A stretch of DNA of 64,000 nucleotides from Promethearchaeota archaeon (GTDB lineage Archaea; Asgardarchaeota; Lokiarchaeia; Sigyniarchaeales; SOKP01): positions 64,001 to 128,000 of the forward strand of contig JAEOTA010000081.1 of the NCBI GenBank assembly GCA_016840085.1. The letters are read 5' to 3'. Numbering within the stretch: the stretch's first letter is position 1; every line of letters begins with the position of its first letter. Position numbers and translations under genes: made by a program. Under the pieces are notes generated by a model. It did not search any database. It worked only from the letters and a program-made list of their open reading frames with translations, and was not told the DNA's origin. Shown here piece after piece: positions 49,843-59,837 of the stretch.

Positions 49843-51018
49843 ATGAATATTTTAATAATTTCACATTTTTTTCCTCCTCATAAAGGAGGAGTTGAAACTG
49901 CCTCATATAATACAGCAAAAAAATTGGCAAACCTTGGACATAATGTAGTAGTTCTAACAAGTAAATGTGAAAAATCATCTCCAAAATACCAGAAAATGGA
50001 TGGATTTTATGTATATAGATTCAGGTCTTTTTATCCTCCTGAAGTTAGGGGGATTCCTCAAACTTCAAGTTTTGGAATTATGCCAAAAGCAATTTTCAAA
50101 TTACCCAAAATTATAAAAAAACATCAAATTCAATTAATTCATGCAGAAGGACGCTTATTTCCAATTACTTTTACTACTGCTTTATTTAATAAACTGATAT
50201 ATAAAAGACCAATCTATCTAACTATTCAAGGCAGGTTAGAGATTGGTTTTTCTGGCTTAATAGAAAATTTATTTGATAAAATAATTACAAAAAATCTTTA
50301 TCAAAAATTTAAGAAAATCATATGTGTGAGTGAATCTCTCAAGAAAAGACTTATAACCTTTAAAATTAAACCAGAAAAATTGATTGTGATTCCAAATGGA
50401 GTAGATCTAACTGTTTTTTCCAGAAATAAAACCTCAAAATATCTTGATCAATATCTTAAAGATAAAAAAAATTTCAAAAAAATAGTCTTTGTAGGTAGAT
50501 TAGATACTCAAAAAGGTGTAGAATACTTAATTAAAGCTATACCATATGTAATAAAAGAAGTTAAGAAAGTTCATTTCTTTATTTTAGGTAATGGAAATCT
50601 AGAAGCTCAATTGAAAAAATTAGCTAAATCTTTGAAAATATCATCGCATTTGACATTTCTAAATATGATTCCCTTAGAAAAAATGCCGGATTTCTATTCT
50701 TCAGCAGATATTTTTTGTCTACCTTCGATTCATGAAGGATTTCCTCTAAGTATAGCTGAAGCTTTATCAATCGGATTAATTATCGTTGCATCCTCAACTG
50801 AAGGTATACCTGAAGCTATAATTGAAGGAAAAAATGGATTTTTAGTTAAACCCAAAAATGTAGATTTACTAAGTAAAAAACTAATTAAAGCTTTAATGCT
50901 TTCAAATGAAGAAATCATAGAAATTGAAAATAATAATGTTAAATTAGCGAACGATAAATATTCATGGGATAAAATTACGCAACAAATTTTGGAAGTTTAT
51001 AGAGAGAGTTTGAAATAA
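49843..51018 (+). CDS. GT4 glycosyltransferase (PigA/PimA-like)
   Basis: FFPPHKGGVE, IPNGVD, VGRL..QKG and EGFPLSIAEA motifs. Confidence 0.92.
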   Translation: MNILIISHFFPPHKGGVETASYNTAKKLANLGHNVVVLTSKCEKSSPKYQKMDGFYVYRFRSFYPPEVRGIPQTSSFGIMPKAIFKLPKIIKKHQIQLIHAEGRLFPITFTTALFNKLIYKRPIYLTIQGRLEIGFSGLIENLFDKIITKNLYQKFKKIICVSESLKKRLITFKIKPEKLIVIPNGVDLTVFSRNKTSKYLDQYLKDKKNFKKIVFVGRLDTQKGVEYLIKAIPYVIKEVKKVHFFILGNGNLEAQLKKLAKSLKISSHLTFLNMIPLEKMPDFYSSADIFCLPSIHEGFPLSIAEALSIGLIIVASSTEGIPEAIIEGKNGFLVKPKNVDLLSKKLIKALMLSNEEIIEIENNNVKLANDKYSWDKITQQILEVYRESLK

Positions 51019-51247
51019 TATAATTATTGTCCTTTAATAATTGATTTTGGAATGGATCTTAATAAATCAATTCATTATTTCTTTTAAGCAATAGTTGAAC
51101 AAAATTGAAGCATATGCGATTAAATGGTTAATTAATCAAATAGATTTTTATTGAATAATAACCATAATTGTATTAAGAATATTATTAAAAAAATGAAAGA
51201 TTTTTAATAAATTTACTTAGGAGAAATTTAAACGAGGATTTAGCCGA

Positions 51248-52090
51248 TTGAAGACAATTAGCTCTGACATAGTTATTGATTCCATTTTTAAAAAAAAGGC
51301 ACAAGATAATTTAGAATCTTATTATCAATTTAAAGAATTATTTGAAGAAGTTAAAATTGATAATACTTATGAAGAACAAGTTCTAATTTCCATAATTATA
51401 CCTGTGTATAATGAAGAAAAAACAATAAAATTTATCTTAGAAAAATTACCAAAAAATAATAAAATTGAAGTTATTGTTATTGATGATAATTCTAACGATA
51501 ACAGTTTAAAAGAGATTAAAAAAGCTAAATTTAAGTCTCAATTAAAGATAATAAAGCATAGTAGAAATAGAGGTTATGGAGGAGCTCTTCTCTCCGGCAT
51601 TAAAAAAACAAAAGGTAAAATAATAGTTACAATGGATTCTGATGGACAACATCGTCCAGAAGATCTCTCTAATTTAATAAGTCCAATATTAAACCAAGAA
51701 GCAGATATTGTAATTGGTTCCAGATATAAAGGCTCCTATGATTATAAATTACCAATATCAACAAGATTAGGAGAAGCTTGTTTGGAAAAATTAATTCAGA
51801 TATTCTTTAATCGAAAAATAAGTAATAATCAGAGTGGATTTCGAGCGTTCAATAGAAAAACTTTAGATCTTTTTGAAAATATTAAATATTTAGGTTATGC
51901 CTTTGCTACCGAAATAATTCTTAAAGCGTCATTAAATGGCTTCAGAATTAAAGAAATACCCATTAAGATATTAAAACGAGAATATGGCGTTTCTAAAATT
52001 ATTTTAAGTAAATTATTCTTATCGATTATATCATGTTTATTCATATATTTTCTTAAAAAGATAAAAAAGATATTCTCAAAAACAGTATAA
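51248..52090 (+). CDS. GT2 glycosyltransferase, DPM1-like
   Basis: IPVYNEE, DDNSND, NRGYG, DSDGQH, GSRY and QSGFRAF motifs. Confidence 0.9.
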   Translation: MKTISSDIVIDSIFKKKAQDNLESYYQFKELFEEVKIDNTYEEQVLISIIIPVYNEEKTIKFILEKLPKNNKIEVIVIDDNSNDNSLKEIKKAKFKSQLKIIKHSRNRGYGGALLSGIKKTKGKIIVTMDSDGQHRPEDLSNLISPILNQEADIVIGSRYKGSYDYKLPISTRLGEACLEKLIQIFFNRKISNNQSGFRAFNRKTLDLFENIKYLGYAFATEIILKASLNGFRIKEIPIKILKREYGVSKIILSKLFLSIISCLFIYFLKKIKKIFSKTV

Positions 52091-52139
52091 CAAAAAAATT
52101 GTATTAGCTTTGATTAAATAAATGAATTTCTTTTTATTA

Positions 52140-53288
52140 TTAAGAATAAAGCTTTAGAAGTTTTTTATAGATATTATATACTTTATCTGTTACGACTTCC
52201 CAGGAATATTCTTTTTCGATTAATCTTCTTCCATTCCTGCCAAAATCTTCTAATTTATGTTTATCATTTACTAATTCCAAGATTAGGTCAACAGCGCTTT
52301 TATAATTTGCTATATCATATAAATACCCATTTTCATTATGAGAAATGATACCAGAGATTCCTCCTACATCTGAAGACACGACAGGTGTTTGACATGCTAA
52401 ACTCTCATGTATAACATTTGGAATACCTTCAAACCGAGATGTAACCAGCAATAATTTACTCATATTATAAATATCTTGAATATTTTCATATGGATAATAT
52501 GAGTAATGTTTTAGGGGGAGTTTTTTCTTGGCATCTAATACGAGCTTTTCTAATTCTCCTTTACCTATTATTAGAAATTTTAAGTTTTTATTTTTCTTAT
52601 AGAGCTCTTTAATTATATCAATATATATATCAATACCCTTAATATGCGATAATCTAGTTGCCAATAATGTAATATATTCTCTTTTAATATTATTATTCCG
52701 TTTGAATTTGTTGACATCTACACCATCTGGAATATAAAAGCTTTTCTCTTCTTTGATCTTATAGCGTTTTCTTAATGTATATAAGTCACTTTCTGCACCA
52801 GATATAATTATATCTGCTAATTTAAAAGTATATTTGCCAATGGTTCTATCAAATAATTTTTCTTTGAAAATTAGTTGAAGGTTTTCATAAATATTTAAGT
52901 CTAGACAATAAGGTGTCTGAATACCTCCATGTGTATGTATTATGAATGGAAAATTCTTAATTTTTTTTAATAGGGCACATTGGAGAGTAGAGAAAAAATA
53001 ATATCCATGAGCATGAATTATATCATACTCTTCATAATGGTCTTTTATAAAAGGTAAAATGTAGATTAACGGGTTTTTACCCAAAAGAAAAGAATAGCAT
53101 TTATTATAAATAATCCTAATATTTTCATCAAGATACTCAATTTTTTTATATTTTCCCGTTAAATCAGAGGTTAATATATCACATTTAACATTTTTCTTTT
53201 TGGATAAGTTAATAGAAATATTTTTGCAATAGAACGGTAAACCTCCGATATAATCTGGGGGAAAGGGAACGACCCTTAATATTTTCAT
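52140..53288 (-). CDS. GT4 glycosyltransferase
   Basis: PPDYIGG, IHAH and SRFEGIPNVIHESL motifs. Confidence 0.9.
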   Translation of the reverse strand: MKILRVVPFPPDYIGGLPFYCKNISINLSKKKNVKCDILTSDLTGKYKKIEYLDENIRIIYNKCYSFLLGKNPLIYILPFIKDHYEEYDIIHAHGYYFFSTLQCALLKKIKNFPFIIHTHGGIQTPYCLDLNIYENLQLIFKEKLFDRTIGKYTFKLADIIISGAESDLYTLRKRYKIKEEKSFYIPDGVDVNKFKRNNNIKREYITLLATRLSHIKGIDIYIDIIKELYKKNKNLKFLIIGKGELEKLVLDAKKKLPLKHYSYYPYENIQDIYNMSKLLLVTSRFEGIPNVIHESLACQTPVVSSDVGGISGIISHNENGYLYDIANYKSAVDLILELVNDKHKLEDFGRNGRRLIEKEYSWEVVTDKVYNIYKKLLKLYS

Positions 53289-53417
53289 ATTATTGAATTT
53301 TTAGGTTTCAATTAATAATATAGAAATTTAATATTATACCTTTTAACTTAAAATTAATTATAAGTCTTTTTAGTATATACTATATTGAAGAAAATATCAA
53401 TTTTTAGATTTGTTATT

Positions 53418-53513
53418 TTAAGATCCATTTAACTCTATAAAAGATTCAATTAATTGTTCCCATTTTTTTATTATTCTTTCCATACTAAAGAATTTTACTT
53501 TTTGTAATTTAGA
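53418..53513 (-). pseudogene. 3' remnant of a GT4 gene
   Basis: Reads KLQKVKFFSMERIIKKWEQLIESF..*, resembling the C-terminus of 58452-59597 (LKRAEFFNIERINSYWINLLESF). Confidence 0.55.
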
Positions 53514-53738
53514 ATTAATTAAAAAATTAGAAGTACTCATATATCAAAAACTTCTTTAGAGGAAGTTCTTAAGAATACTTATTATTGGTATATTAAGATG
53601 CTCTGATTTAGTGACATATTAATATACATTTATAAAATATTTTTTCATAATGCTCAACTTAATTATATTGAAAAACAAACTTAAGAATAAAAAAGAGAAG
53701 CTGTATCAATAAATCCAAAAAAAAAAGAGAAAATAAAA

Positions 53739-54929
53739 ATGAACATTTTACGAATTAGTACTAGAATTTATCCTGATGTCGGAGGACCAGCAAAACAAGT
53801 GAGAATTTTATCTGAATTTCTTTCAAATAATAACTTTTCATCATTTAATATTACATGTTTACCTAAAAATAAATATAATATTAAAAAAGAGAAAATTAAC
53901 AATAATTTTATAATTTATTATTTACCTCTTCATGCTCCTGGAATTAATCTAAGTGTTTTTAGATATTTAGGTTTTTTTATTAAATATCTTATTTATGGAC
54001 TCTTTAAATCTATTAAAATACATAGAAAATATCGTGTAGACATCATTCATGCTCATACTCCACCACCTACTGGTTTTATCGCTTATATTATGTCCAAAAT
54101 TTTTAGAATTCCATATTTTTATACAATCCATGGTTTAGATTATCCTCTTTTTAATCTTGATATAAAAACAGTTGTAAAAAATTCTAAAAAGACATTTACT
54201 ATAACTAGAAAAATTGAAAATTATTTAAAATACAATTTTAAATTAAATAATATTAATTGGTTTTATAATGGAATAGAAACATCAAAATATTTTCATATAA
54301 ATACCATAGAACAAAAAGAGCATATTATAGAACAGTTAAAACTTAATTCTATAATAAAAAGAAATGATTTTATTATCATATATATAGGTTATATGATTTT
54401 TCAACAAAAAGTTAAAGGAATGATTGATTTTCTACATGGTTTTAACTTATTTTTAAAAGATCTAGATGAAAATGAAAGAAGAAGAATTAAATTATTATAT
54501 ATAGGAGAGGGAAAGTACTCTTCTAATTTGGAAAGAAAAATAAGTGAGTTTAATTTAAAAAATAATACTTTTATTTTAGGAAAAAGAAAAGAGATAAAGG
54601 AAATATTAGCTATTACGGATTTATTAGCCTTAACATCCTATATAGAAGGATTTCCAAATGTTATATTGGAAGCAATGGCATCAAAAGTTCCTTGTTTGGG
54701 AACTAATGTAGGGGAAATCAAATTTATAATAGGGGAAACTGGTTATATTGTTGAACCGGGTGATATTAAAAATATTAAAAATATATTACAAAAATATATT
54801 AACTCTTTAAACTTAAATCAGTATGAATTAATGAATAAAGCATTATTTAGAGTAAGAAAACTCTTCGATATAAAAATTATTGGAAAGAAGTTGTTGAATG
54901 AGTATATAAAATTAAAAATGAATGTTTAA
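53739..54929 (+). CDS. GT4 glycosyltransferase
   Basis: RIYPDVGGPA and EGFPNVILEAMAS motifs. Confidence 0.92.
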   Translation: MNILRISTRIYPDVGGPAKQVRILSEFLSNNNFSSFNITCLPKNKYNIKKEKINNNFIIYYLPLHAPGINLSVFRYLGFFIKYLIYGLFKSIKIHRKYRVDIIHAHTPPPTGFIAYIMSKIFRIPYFYTIHGLDYPLFNLDIKTVVKNSKKTFTITRKIENYLKYNFKLNNINWFYNGIETSKYFHINTIEQKEHIIEQLKLNSIIKRNDFIIIYIGYMIFQQKVKGMIDFLHGFNLFLKDLDENERRRIKLLYIGEGKYSSNLERKISEFNLKNNTFILGKRKEIKEILAITDLLALTSYIEGFPNVILEAMASKVPCLGTNVGEIKFIIGETGYIVEPGDIKNIKNILQKYINSLNLNQYELMNKALFRVRKLFDIKIIGKKLLNEYIKLKMNV

Positions 54930-54974
54930 AATAAATTTTAAAAAAATTGCTTTACCAAAAACAACAAAAAAGTT

Positions 54975-55397
54975 TTAAAAGATATATTAGCGGCTATTTT
55001 CTTATTGACGACGAACGCATTCATTCAATCGCCGAATGTTAAAAAAATAAATTTTATAAAAATCGAAAAGAGTACGGAGGTCGTTGGCGGTAAGAAATTT
55101 CTTATCGAGAATGCAATCCCTTTATAATCTAATCAACCAGCGCCGACCCGAACGTGAGGAACTTCTACTTTATTATTAGCCTGTTGCTTTACAACTTCTG
55201 GATAATTATGACTTTATTTCTTCACAAAAAGAGGTATTGGTTACCAAAAGAGCCAAAAGGGTATTTTAAAGAAAACTTCAAGATTATTTTGTTGATAGTA
55301 TTACAATATTTCATGAGCAGTACCCAACCCATCTCAAAATTTTGTCGAACTAAACAATTATTAAGAAAAAGGTATATTTTTATTTAGTCCAATACTG
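54975..55397 (+). mobile_element. Degenerate IS4-superfamily (ISH3-like) transposase 3' remnant with right end
   Basis: Reads EYGGRWR*EISYRECNPFII*STSADPNVRNFYFIISLLLYNFW (YREK-type motif with two stops). Locally GC-richer; ends ...CCAATACTG (CAGTA on the minus strand). Left boundary approximate. Confidence 0.78.
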
Positions 55398-55429
55398 ACT
55401 AACTAATAAAAAATTTAGAAACTGATAAT

Positions 55430-57172
55430 ATGTCTTCTAATGATAATTTAAAAAAAGAATATCTTAGATTCGGAATAATGTGCGATGATCTCTCATTCAA
55501 CAAATTTCAAATCAAAACAATAAAAAATATTTTAGAATTAGATTATGTAGCCTTAAAATTAATAATAATTAATAATGGCCCAAAAAATAAAATAAAAAAG
55601 AATAAAGGTTTCTTTTATTATTTGAATCATTTTATATATGGGATATATAACCATTTAAATGGACCAGAAATTCTTGAACGAATAGATTGTTCTAATTTTT
55701 TTCAAAAAATACCTAAAATTAATTGTAAATATAAGTTAAAGGGAAAATATTCTCAATACTTCTTAAAAAAAGATATTGAACAAATAAAATCTTACAAACT
55801 CGATTTTATTTTAAGATTTGGATTCAATATAATTCGGGGAGAGATTTTAAAAACAGCAAATTATGGTGTTTGGTCTTTCCATCATGGTGATGAGATGAAA
55901 TATAGGGGAGGGCCTCCCTGTTTTTGGGAAATATATTATTCAGATCCTATTACTGGTTGTGTTTTACAGAGATTAACAAACATATTAGATGGAGGGATAA
56001 TTCTTAAAAAAGGATATTTTATTACTCAACTTCTTTCTAGCTTTAAAAAGAATAGACAAAATTTGTATAAAAGTACCATTAATTGGCCAAAACAAGTATG
56101 CATAGATATTCATAATGGTAATGCTAATTATCTTTTAAACAAGCCCAGTAAATCTAATGCATCAATATATCGGGCACCAAAGAATAATGAAATGGGAAGA
56201 TATTTTTTAAATCGTTTAAAATATTTTATAAAATATTACAAAGCAACGTTTCTAAAATTTCCCCTATTAATTAGAAGAGAATTTTGGAATATAGGAATTA
56301 TTAATCAACCTATTGAAAATGTTTTAGATAATAATTCTAAATTTTTTGATAAGGTTAAATGGGTATCAAAAATCTTCGATTTTAAGTTTAGAGCAGATCC
56401 ATTTGGGATTAAATATAAAGGGAACTATTATATTTTCTTTGAAGAATATGATTATAAAAAAGAAAATGGACATATCTCTTGTGTAAAAATTAAGAAAAAC
56501 GGAGATTTAACAAATCCGTCTATTGCAATAAATCCAAAAGAACACTTATCTTATCCTTTCTTATTTAAATATAAGGAAGAAATTTATTGTCTACCAGGAA
56601 GAAAAAAATATGGAATTAGTTTATACAAAGCAATTGATTTTCCAAAAAAATGGAAAAGACAATGTGTTTTACTTGAGAATAAAAGGTTTTCTGACAGTAC
56701 AATTGTAAAATATAAGAATTTATGGTGGCTTTTTACATATAACCATGAAGATTGTGGGTTATATTTATTTTATTCCAAGAATCCTCTTGGAAATTGGGCA
56801 CCCCATAAGAAAAATCCTGTTAAACAAGATATTAGATCTTCAAGACCTGCTGGAACTTTATTTTTTAAAGATAATTTCCTATTTAGACCTTCAATGGATT
56901 TATCAATTCATTATGGAAGACAAATCTTTTTAAATAGAATAAAAAAGTTAAATAAGAATGATTTTAAAGAAGAGACTATTAAAATTATTGAGCCTAAAGA
57001 AAATTGGAAATATCAAAAAGGTATACATACCCTATCTAGAATAGATCAAAAATATACACTGATAGATGCAAAAGATTATAAAATCATGCCCCATTCTTTA
57101 TCTCAGTTAAGAAAATTCATAAAAACTGAAATTAAGAATATATCTATGAGTTTTATCCATTCAAACAATTGA
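55430..57172 (+). CDS. Formyltransferase-like domain fused to a GINT1-N-like/GH43-like beta-propeller
   Basis: N-terminal LRFGFNIIRGEIL...WSFHHGD..KYRGGPP.FWE...LDGG; C-terminal RADPF, IFFEEYDY, HLSYPF and SRPAG. Confidence 0.72.
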   Translation: MSSNDNLKKEYLRFGIMCDDLSFNKFQIKTIKNILELDYVALKLIIINNGPKNKIKKNKGFFYYLNHFIYGIYNHLNGPEILERIDCSNFFQKIPKINCKYKLKGKYSQYFLKKDIEQIKSYKLDFILRFGFNIIRGEILKTANYGVWSFHHGDEMKYRGGPPCFWEIYYSDPITGCVLQRLTNILDGGIILKKGYFITQLLSSFKKNRQNLYKSTINWPKQVCIDIHNGNANYLLNKPSKSNASIYRAPKNNEMGRYFLNRLKYFIKYYKATFLKFPLLIRREFWNIGIINQPIENVLDNNSKFFDKVKWVSKIFDFKFRADPFGIKYKGNYYIFFEEYDYKKENGHISCVKIKKNGDLTNPSIAINPKEHLSYPFLFKYKEEIYCLPGRKKYGISLYKAIDFPKKWKRQCVLLENKRFSDSTIVKYKNLWWLFTYNHEDCGLYLFYSKNPLGNWAPHKKNPVKQDIRSSRPAGTLFFKDNFLFRPSMDLSIHYGRQIFLNRIKKLNKNDFKEETIKIIEPKENWKYQKGIHTLSRIDQKYTLIDAKDYKIMPHSLSQLRKFIKTEIKNISMSFIHSNN

Positions 57173-57495
57173 TTATAATAGGAGAATATTAATTATGGAA
57201 TTTATTATTGGAGGTTATCTTAATAAGCCTAAAGTAACGATTCACAGAGCAATAGATTATTTTGAGAATAGGTTTTCTCTAACTTTTGATTCTAAGGGAA
57301 TTTTAGAAGGAAATTATTTAATGGGAATTTTTAAAGATTTTTAAAAATAAAATACCTTATTTGATTGATAAGAATTATTTGAGCTTTTCATTAACATCAT
57401 AATTCAATTCTTTATCTTATTAATCTTCAAAATTTTAAAATATAAAAGACTTCAAAAATTAATAATAATTAAATTTTAACAGATTAATTGATCAG

Positions 57496-57888
57496 ATGGA
57501 TTCTTTCATAAACAAATTAAAGCTAAAATCCCAAGAATATTTTGCGAATTATAAATTCGCAGATTATTTATCTTTCCTTAGGCAATCTCAATTTTTTAGC
57601 AATAAAAAAATATTAGAAATTCAAAACAATAAACTAAGAAACCTATTAAATTATAGTTCTCAAAATATAAGGTCTTATAACAATCTTTTTAAGAAAATCA
57701 ATATAAAACCATCAGATATTAAATCAAATGAAGATTTAACAAAACTTCCTGTAATGACAAAAGATAGCTATAGAAATGATTTCCCAGATAAATTTGTAAA
57801 TTTAAGAGCAAATAAACAAGATCTCTTTTTAAATTTTACATCAGGATCAACTGGTAATCCCTTTAAATTTTTTGAAAATCATATATAG
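57496..57888 (+). pseudogene. 5' fragment of a CapK/phenylacetate-CoA-ligase-like adenylate-forming enzyme
   Basis: LTKLPVMTKD and TSGSTGNP motifs; cut immediately after the P-loop. Confidence 0.8.
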
Positions 57889-58416
57889 GTTATATGATTT
57901 TTCAGCAAAAAATTATGGGAATGATTGATTTTCTACATGGGTTTAACTTATTTTTAGAAGATCTAGATGAAGATGAAAGAAAGAAAATTAAATTATTATA
58001 TATAGGAGAGGAAAGGTACATTTCTAATTTGGAAAGAAAAATAGGTGAACTTAATTTAAAAAATAATACTTTTATATTAGGAAAAAGAAAAGAAATAAAA
58101 GAAATATTAGCTATTATGGATTTATTAGCCTTAACATCTTATATAGAAGGATTTCCAAATGTTATATTGGAAGCAATGGCTTCAATGGTTCCATGTTTAG
58201 CAACTGATGTAGGAGAAGTTAAATTTATTATAAGCGACACAGGATATATTATCGAACCAGGAGATGTTAATAATAAAAAAAAAGAAGTTAAATGAATTTC
58301 TTAATTTATCAGTAGAAGAACGAAATAAATTGGCAGAAAAAGCATTTGTTAGAGTAAAATATCATTTTGATATTAATTCAGTTGGAAAAAAGTTGATTAA
58401 CCTATATTCTTTTTAA
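57878..58416 (+). pseudogene. 3' half of a GT4 paralog of 53739-54929, frameshifted in an A9 run
   Basis: Near-identical to about 54375-54700. After the A9 run at 58275-58283 another frame reads KKLNEFLNLSVEERNKLAEKAFVRVKYHFDINSVGKKLINLYSF*. Confidence 0.85.
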
Positions 58417-58451
58417 AATAATTCATTCAAACTATTTACAAATTTTCTATT

Positions 58452-59597
58452 TTAGAAAGATTCAAGTAAATTTATCCAATAGCTATTAATTCTCTCAATA
58501 TTAAAAAATTCGGCTCTTTTTAGAGAGATCTCTGAATATCTTTTTAATAATTTTTTATCCCTTGCTAAAATCATCATTTTTTCCGCTAAATCTTCAGAAT
58601 CCTTAACATTTACTAAAAACCCATATCTTCCATTATCTAAAATTTCACTTGGTCCTGTTTCACAGTTAGTTGATATAATTGGAAGCCCACATGCTAATGC
58701 TTCAATTAGGACCATTGGGAGACCTTCATATAGGGAAGAAAATACAAAAATATTTGATTTCTCAAGATACTTAAAAGGATTTTTCTTAAATCCAAGAAAA
58801 ATTACATCCTCGTCTAAATTCTTATTTTTTGTATATAATTCTAACTCATTTTTTAATGGTCCATCTCCTATAAATATCAATTTAGAATTTGGAACTACCT
58901 TTTTTAGAATGGAAAATGCTTTAATTAAGTATCTATGTCCTTTTGATTCTATTAACCGTCCTATCGTAATAAATTTGATTAAATCATCATCATTAAAGAT
59001 TTTTTCAAATTCTAAATAAATTTCTTTTTTCATTTCTTTGATTTTAGCAATGTTAATTCCATTGTAGATAGTTTCTAATTTGTTTTTTCTAATTCCATAT
59101 TTTGTGTGAAAAATATTTTGTACTTCTTTAGAGATTGTAATAATTTTATCCACTACTTTTGAAGAGTAAAAGAGTTTCAATAACAAATTGAGATAATTTT
59201 TACGTTGTTTATAAGCAATTTTAGGATTAGTGTGTGTTGAAACAATTAATGGAATTTTAAATCGAAATAGAAATTTTGACAATATTGAATAAATATTTGT
59301 GAGATCCATATTAGATAAAATAATATCAGGGGAAATCTTTTTTATTATTTTATAGATTCTAAAAGGTCTAATGAAAGTATAAAATTTAAATAAACTTAGA
59401 ATTTTTCCTCTTAATCCTATATTCTCTCTTAACGAATAATAATTTCCTTTAAACGGATAAAGATTTTTAAAATCGTGAATAGTTAATATAAAAATATAAT
59501 AATTCTTCGATAAATGTGTTGTTAAATTTGATATCGCTCTCTCCGCCCCTCCTCCTCTCTTTAAAGAATGTATTACTATTAATACTTTTTTCTTCAT
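58452..59597 (-). CDS. GT4 glycosyltransferase (PglJ-like HexNAc transferase)
   Basis: GGAER, GRL..SKG, NPFKY, EGLPMVLIEA and GPSEIL motifs. Confidence 0.9.
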   Translation of the reverse strand: MKKKVLIVIHSLKRGGGAERAISNLTTHLSKNYYIFILTIHDFKNLYPFKGNYYSLRENIGLRGKILSLFKFYTFIRPFRIYKIIKKISPDIILSNMDLTNIYSILSKFLFRFKIPLIVSTHTNPKIAYKQRKNYLNLLLKLFYSSKVVDKIITISKEVQNIFHTKYGIRKNKLETIYNGINIAKIKEMKKEIYLEFEKIFNDDDLIKFITIGRLIESKGHRYLIKAFSILKKVVPNSKLIFIGDGPLKNELELYTKNKNLDEDVIFLGFKKNPFKYLEKSNIFVFSSLYEGLPMVLIEALACGLPIISTNCETGPSEILDNGRYGFLVNVKDSEDLAEKMMILARDKKLLKRYSEISLKRAEFFNIERINSYWINLLESF

Positions 59598-59837
59598 TGG
59601 ATGATTAATATTGATTAATTAATTAGAATATTTTGATTATTTTTGTTTATTTTCTTTCTTTCTTTTTTAATATCTTATTAGCTTTTTCTATATAATCTTA
59701 AAAACTAGTATATTAATCATATTAAATAAATTAATTAAATTGAAAATAATTTTTATAAATAGTTTTAAAAAAAGACTCTCTTTGAAAGTTATTGATTAAA
59801 TTGAATTTTACCAACTAAGACTATTTATATTAGAATA

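Noticed and set aside
156-56933. Short ORF-track entries opposite or inside longer genes (e.g. 156-350, 2318-2533, 4057-4386, 8511-8840, 9168-9488, 10500-10928, 19401-19853, 39234-39533, 41760-42068, 56745-56933)
   Set aside because: They are shadow frames of well-supported genes and have no motifs of their own.
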